Assembly: GCA_041601615.1 (NCBI GenBank)
Contig: JBFIHX010000002.1
Coordinates: 96,001-160,000, forward strand
Source of the DNA: Thermoplasmatota archaeon
Lineage (GTDB): Archaea; Thermoplasmatota; E2; JACPAO01; JAHFTW01
Reading direction: 5' to 3'
Length of the DNA stretch: 64,000 nucleotides
Of the stretch, positions 60,575-64,000 are shown piece by piece; the stretch's first letter is position 1, and the number at the start of each line of letters is the position of its first letter. Below the pieces are notes generated by a model that searched no databases, was not told where the DNA came from, and saw only the letters and a program-made list of their open reading frames with translations. The translations under genes were made by a program, and so were the position numbers.

Positions 60575-60682
60575 CACGCAGGGGTGGGCCTTAGCACCCA
60601 TGCCGAATGCCGGCCAAAGGCGTCGCCTGGCGTGGCGGGCAGCCCCGCCTCAGGCTGCGAGGCCCGCGAATTGTGCGTCGCG

Positions 60683-60764
60683 CCACCACCACCACCACCA
60701 CCACCACCACCACCACCACCACCACCACCACCACCACCACCACCACCACCACCACCACCACCAC
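60683..60764. repeat. (CCA)27 microsatellite
   Basis: Perfect trinucleotide run. Confidence 0.95.
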
Positions 60765-60882
60765 AAAGCAGGGAACCAAGCCACAGCGGCTATGGCCCGA
60801 GGACCCAAGGGCGTCAGGAAGCCCCTCCGACGCCACAACCCAAGGGGCGACAGCCATCAAGGGGTCACCCCATCCTGCAGCC

Positions 60883-62529
60883 GTGGCCCGCGCCGTCGTC
60901 AACGCCCGCATCTACCCCATGGACTCCCCGGAGCGCACGGAAACTGCTCTGCTCGAAGAGCATGGCCGCATCGTGCTCGTAGGTAGCGACGAGGAAGTCC
61001 GCGCCGCCGCCAAGCGCATCGGAGCCCCCGTGGAAGACCTGGAGGGCTGCGTAGTGCTGCCTGGCTTCGTAGACGCACACATGCACTTTCTGCACGTCGG
61101 CGTCAAACAAACCCGGCCTGACCTCTCCGGCGCCTCCAGCAAAACCGAGGCGCTGGAGCGAGTGCGGTCCTGGTTGGCAGCAAACCCCGGCAGCGGCCCC
61201 GTGACTGCGGAAGGCTGGGACGAAGCCGAATGGCACGGTGACACACCGCCGACCCTTGCCGAACTCGACGAACTAGCACCCGACCGCCCCCTCGTGCTCC
61301 GGCGCATCTGCGGACACAAAGCAGTCGCCAATACCCACGCCTTGTCCGTAGTGCAGGCACGCTGGAGTGACCCCGAAAAGGTGCACCCCGACGGGGTCCT
61401 GTTGGAGGAACCGAGCCTGTTTCTCAACGAAGTGCTCCCGGAAGATCCCGAGTTGCTTGACAAGGCGCTGCGCGTTGCCTGCGCCGAAGCGCATCGGCTC
61501 GGAGTCACCACCATTGGGGATTTCGAGCAGGCTCCGTTGCGTGCAGCACTTATTCGAGGCGTCGAAAGCGGTGCTCTTTCTGTGCGCGTCAACTGCAGCA
61601 TCTACCCGCAGCAACTGGACGCAGCCCTTGCCGAGGGGTTCCGGACAGGTCGCGTGCCCGGTACTGCTGGCGCGCTCGAACCTGCTGACAGTTCCATTGT
61701 GAAGCCGGAACGCGCCGCTGGATCCACCACAGCCCAGAGCCAAGCCCAAGAAGACCCAAGCTCCCTTCCCGGCATCCTCCTTCGCGACGGTGGCATGAAG
61801 GTGTTTCTGGACGGCAGCATCGGCGGACACACCGCGCTCCTGCTGGAACCCTACACGGACAAACCTGACACCCGGGGCACCAAGATCTGGACCGATGCGC
61901 AACTAGACGACCTCTTCTGGCGCGGTCACGAAGCAGGCATCCAGCTCATGGTTCACGTCATCGGGGATGGCGCCGTAGAACAAGGGCTTCAGGCCTACGA
62001 GCGCCTTTCCGCCCGCGTCGGGGTTGCAGCAATCAAATCGATGCGCCACCGATTCGAGCACTACGAAATCGTACACGACGACCAGGTGCAACGCACTGCG
62101 GTGCTGGGACTTGTGCCATGTAGCCAACCCAACTTTGTCGGCGTTTGGAGCAGCAAAGGTGGGCTGTACGAAGAACGCCTAGGCCACCGCTACGGCGCCA
62201 ACAATCGATTCCAGACCTTCAAGGCCGCCGGGATCCGACTCAGCTTTGGCAGCGACGGGATGCCCTTTGGCCCCCTAGTCGGACTCGACGCAGCAATCCA
62301 CCATCCAGACCCTGCTGAACGCATGACCATTGAGGAAGCGATTTGGCACTACACCTCAGAAGCCGCCTGGAGTTTGCACCGCGAGGACGAAGTAGGCACC
62401 TTACAGCCAGGGCGACTTGCAGATTGGATCGTTTTGGACCGAAAGGACTTGCACGAGGCGCCCAAAAAGTGGGTGGTCCAGGAGACAGTCCTAGGCGGGA
62501 CCACTTGTTTTCAAGCGCCCATTTCATGA
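60883..62529 (+). CDS. Amidohydrolase_3 (YtcJ-like) metal-dependent hydrolase
   Basis: NARIYPMD, PGFVDAHMH, GWDE, GHKAVAN, KVFLDGS, HVIGD, RFEH, GSD, GTLQPGRLAD; probable GTG start 60883. Confidence 0.9.
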   Translation: MARAVVNARIYPMDSPERTETALLEEHGRIVLVGSDEEVRAAAKRIGAPVEDLEGCVVLPGFVDAHMHFLHVGVKQTRPDLSGASSKTEALERVRSWLAANPGSGPVTAEGWDEAEWHGDTPPTLAELDELAPDRPLVLRRICGHKAVANTHALSVVQARWSDPEKVHPDGVLLEEPSLFLNEVLPEDPELLDKALRVACAEAHRLGVTTIGDFEQAPLRAALIRGVESGALSVRVNCSIYPQQLDAALAEGFRTGRVPGTAGALEPADSSIVKPERAAGSTTAQSQAQEDPSSLPGILLRDGGMKVFLDGSIGGHTALLLEPYTDKPDTRGTKIWTDAQLDDLFWRGHEAGIQLMVHVIGDGAVEQGLQAYERLSARVGVAAIKSMRHRFEHYEIVHDDQVQRTAVLGLVPCSQPNFVGVWSSKGGLYEERLGHRYGANNRFQTFKAAGIRLSFGSDGMPFGPLVGLDAAIHHPDPAERMTIEEAIWHYTSEAAWSLHREDEVGTLQPGRLADWIVLDRKDLHEAPKKWVVQETVLGGTTCFQAPIS

Positions 62530-62610
62530 GTTTGGGCCTTTACGTGGTGATGAAAACAATGTCGTGCCCCTGAACCCGTTGTTTGCAGATATCCATCAGC
62601 ATGACTGCCT

Positions 62611-62861
62611 AGGGGTTGATTTCGCGTGGAACTGGGCCAACAGGAGTGGGGGTGGATGAAAGGGGGGACCCTAGCATTGCTTATGGAACTGCAAAAAGGG
62701 TAAGGATGACCAAGAACGAGATGAATACTGGATGAAATAGACCCTGGTGCGTCAAGCACGACCATATCATAAACCCTCGGGAAAAATTTTCGCCAAAAGA
62801 AGCCCGTTTTTGCCGGTCCCTTAGAGAAAATCCGTTCCAGGAGCAATCAAGGGGTCCCCCC
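62611..62861. other. Candidate replication origin segment B (inverted ORB-like elements)
   Basis: GTTCCATAAGCAATGCTAGGGT (-, 62668-62689), GTTCCAGGAGCAATCAAGGGGT (+, 62834-62855), plus core GTTCCACGCGAAAT (-, 62619-62632). Confidence 0.5.
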
Positions 62862-63351
62862 TCTCCCGCCAGGGTTCACTCTCGTAGGCCTCCGAATGGA
62901 CTGCAGGAAAGAACGGCGACCGAAGCTCCACTTCCCGGCATGAAGTTCTTTGACAGGCCTGGGGGTTTCGTAGCACTTCCAAATATGCCCGCAACAGCAC
63001 AAGAAATTTTGTGAAAATTAAGGCAAGCTGGACGAGCTCGTGGATGACTGAACTGAATCCCCGATGCCTGAGCTAGGTTATGGATGCCAGGGCTGAATCA
63101 TTCCTGACTAAACCGACTCGTGATTTTCTCTGCCCTGACGAGCATGGCGCCCCAGGCCACACCATGCCTTCGCAATCACAAGCTCCGCTCCGCATTCTTC
63201 AGGGTTTTGCAAATTCCATCTGTTCAAGCAAACAGGCTCCATTCGGGTAGCCGCCAGGCGTTCTAGGGTCATCAACGGCGCGCTTGGGTGCGCCGCGACT
63301 CAGGGGTAACCAACTCGCTCTCGAAAGAGAACGGCTTTCTCCCGGAAGGCA

Positions 63352-64000
63352 ATGGTACGCTTGGCCATGGCGATCACACGCAGTGCCACCGCACTCCTTC
63401 CTGCCACTGATTTGGTGGCCATCCGCACCCGCCTCGCCGAGCAGTACGGCAGCGAGCTCTACGAGGCAGACGATGACCGGCGCATCCTGTGCATCCACGT
63501 TCCACGCGCCGAGCCAGACCCTGTCAACGACGTGGAGGCCGCCGTAGAGTACCTCGACCCCACCGACGTAGGTGCGGCAACCCAAGTGCTCCTCATCGGC
63601 ACCCAGCGCATGGCCCAAGTGTACGCCGAACCCCTGAAACAACTCGTCCAAGAGCGCGTTCGCACAGACCAACGCATCGCGGACGAATGGCGCCAACGCC
63701 TCCCCGGGACGCTTTCGCACGAATTTTTCAAAGACCCCGCTGACCCACGCCGCCGCTCACGCCTGGTCGTCCGATTGCCCGTCGGCTCCATGGCCGAAGT
63801 CGAAGACAGTTTGCTGGAACCCCTTGCCGACGAATTGGGGCCGCAAGTGGACACGCCCCGCGTCAAGAGCCTCGCCGCAGTCTACCTCATCTCCGCCCGC
63901 GACCACGTGCGCCTCGCGCCAGATGTGTTCATCCAGGAACTCTTGCGAAAATGGCGCGACGAGGATCGCCGCATGCGCGCCCAAGCCGCCCGCGAACTCG
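63352..64000 (+). CDS. Hypothetical protein, 3'-truncated by window edge
   Basis: Open frame MVRLAMAITRSATALLPATDLVAIRTRLAEQYG...RMRAQAAREL with GC3-rich codons; not in the ORF track because it has no stop in the window. Confidence 0.7.
   Translation, partial: MVRLAMAITRSATALLPATDLVAIRTRLAEQYGSELYEADDDRRILCIHVPRAEPDPVNDVEAAVEYLDPTDVGAATQVLLIGTQRMAQVYAEPLKQLVQERVRTDQRIADEWRQRLPGTLSHEFFKDPADPRRRSRLVVRLPVGSMAEVEDSLLEPLADELGPQVDTPRVKSLAAVYLISARDHVRLAPDVFIQELLRKWRDEDRRMRAQAAREL

Noticed and set aside
60591-60986. Poly-His, poly-Pro, poly-Trp and poly-Val ORFs
   Set aside because: These are translations of the (CCA)n tract; the flanks have no coding signature.

Overview
High-GC archaeal chromosomal DNA. 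Archaeal markers include aIF2-gamma, aIF5B, TiaS, PurP, a DRG GTPase, a FEN1-like nuclease, a COG1412 PIN protein, TATA-type promoters, LAGC lipoproteins and C-terminal archaeosortase-type anchors. The gene style suggests a non-Thermoplasmatales Thermoplasmatota lineage (inference). About 70 CDS are present, mixing housekeeping genes with many uncharacterised secreted or surface proteins, plus one tRNA-Ser(UGA). No CRISPR array, integrase or transposase was seen. Most notable: (1) three 109-bp structured tandem repeats that run into the 5' end of tRNA-Ser and copy its leader/acceptor junction; (2) two intergenic regions (about 60.2-60.6 kb and 62.6-62.9 kb), each with inverted ORB-like 22-mers around an AT-richer core, a candidate split or double replication origin with no cdc6 in the window, next to a PIP-less FEN1 and a (CCA)27 tract; (3) tiny secreted Cys-rich peptides with 5' hairpins; (4) a recurrent 3-TM protein + winged-HTH module linked to cupredoxin-type proteins, one apparently circularly permuted and lacking the Cys ligand; (5) a degenerate nucleoside-deoxyribosyltransferase/MazG-like fusion coupled to dus. 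All calls come from motif recognition by eye; no database searches were run.
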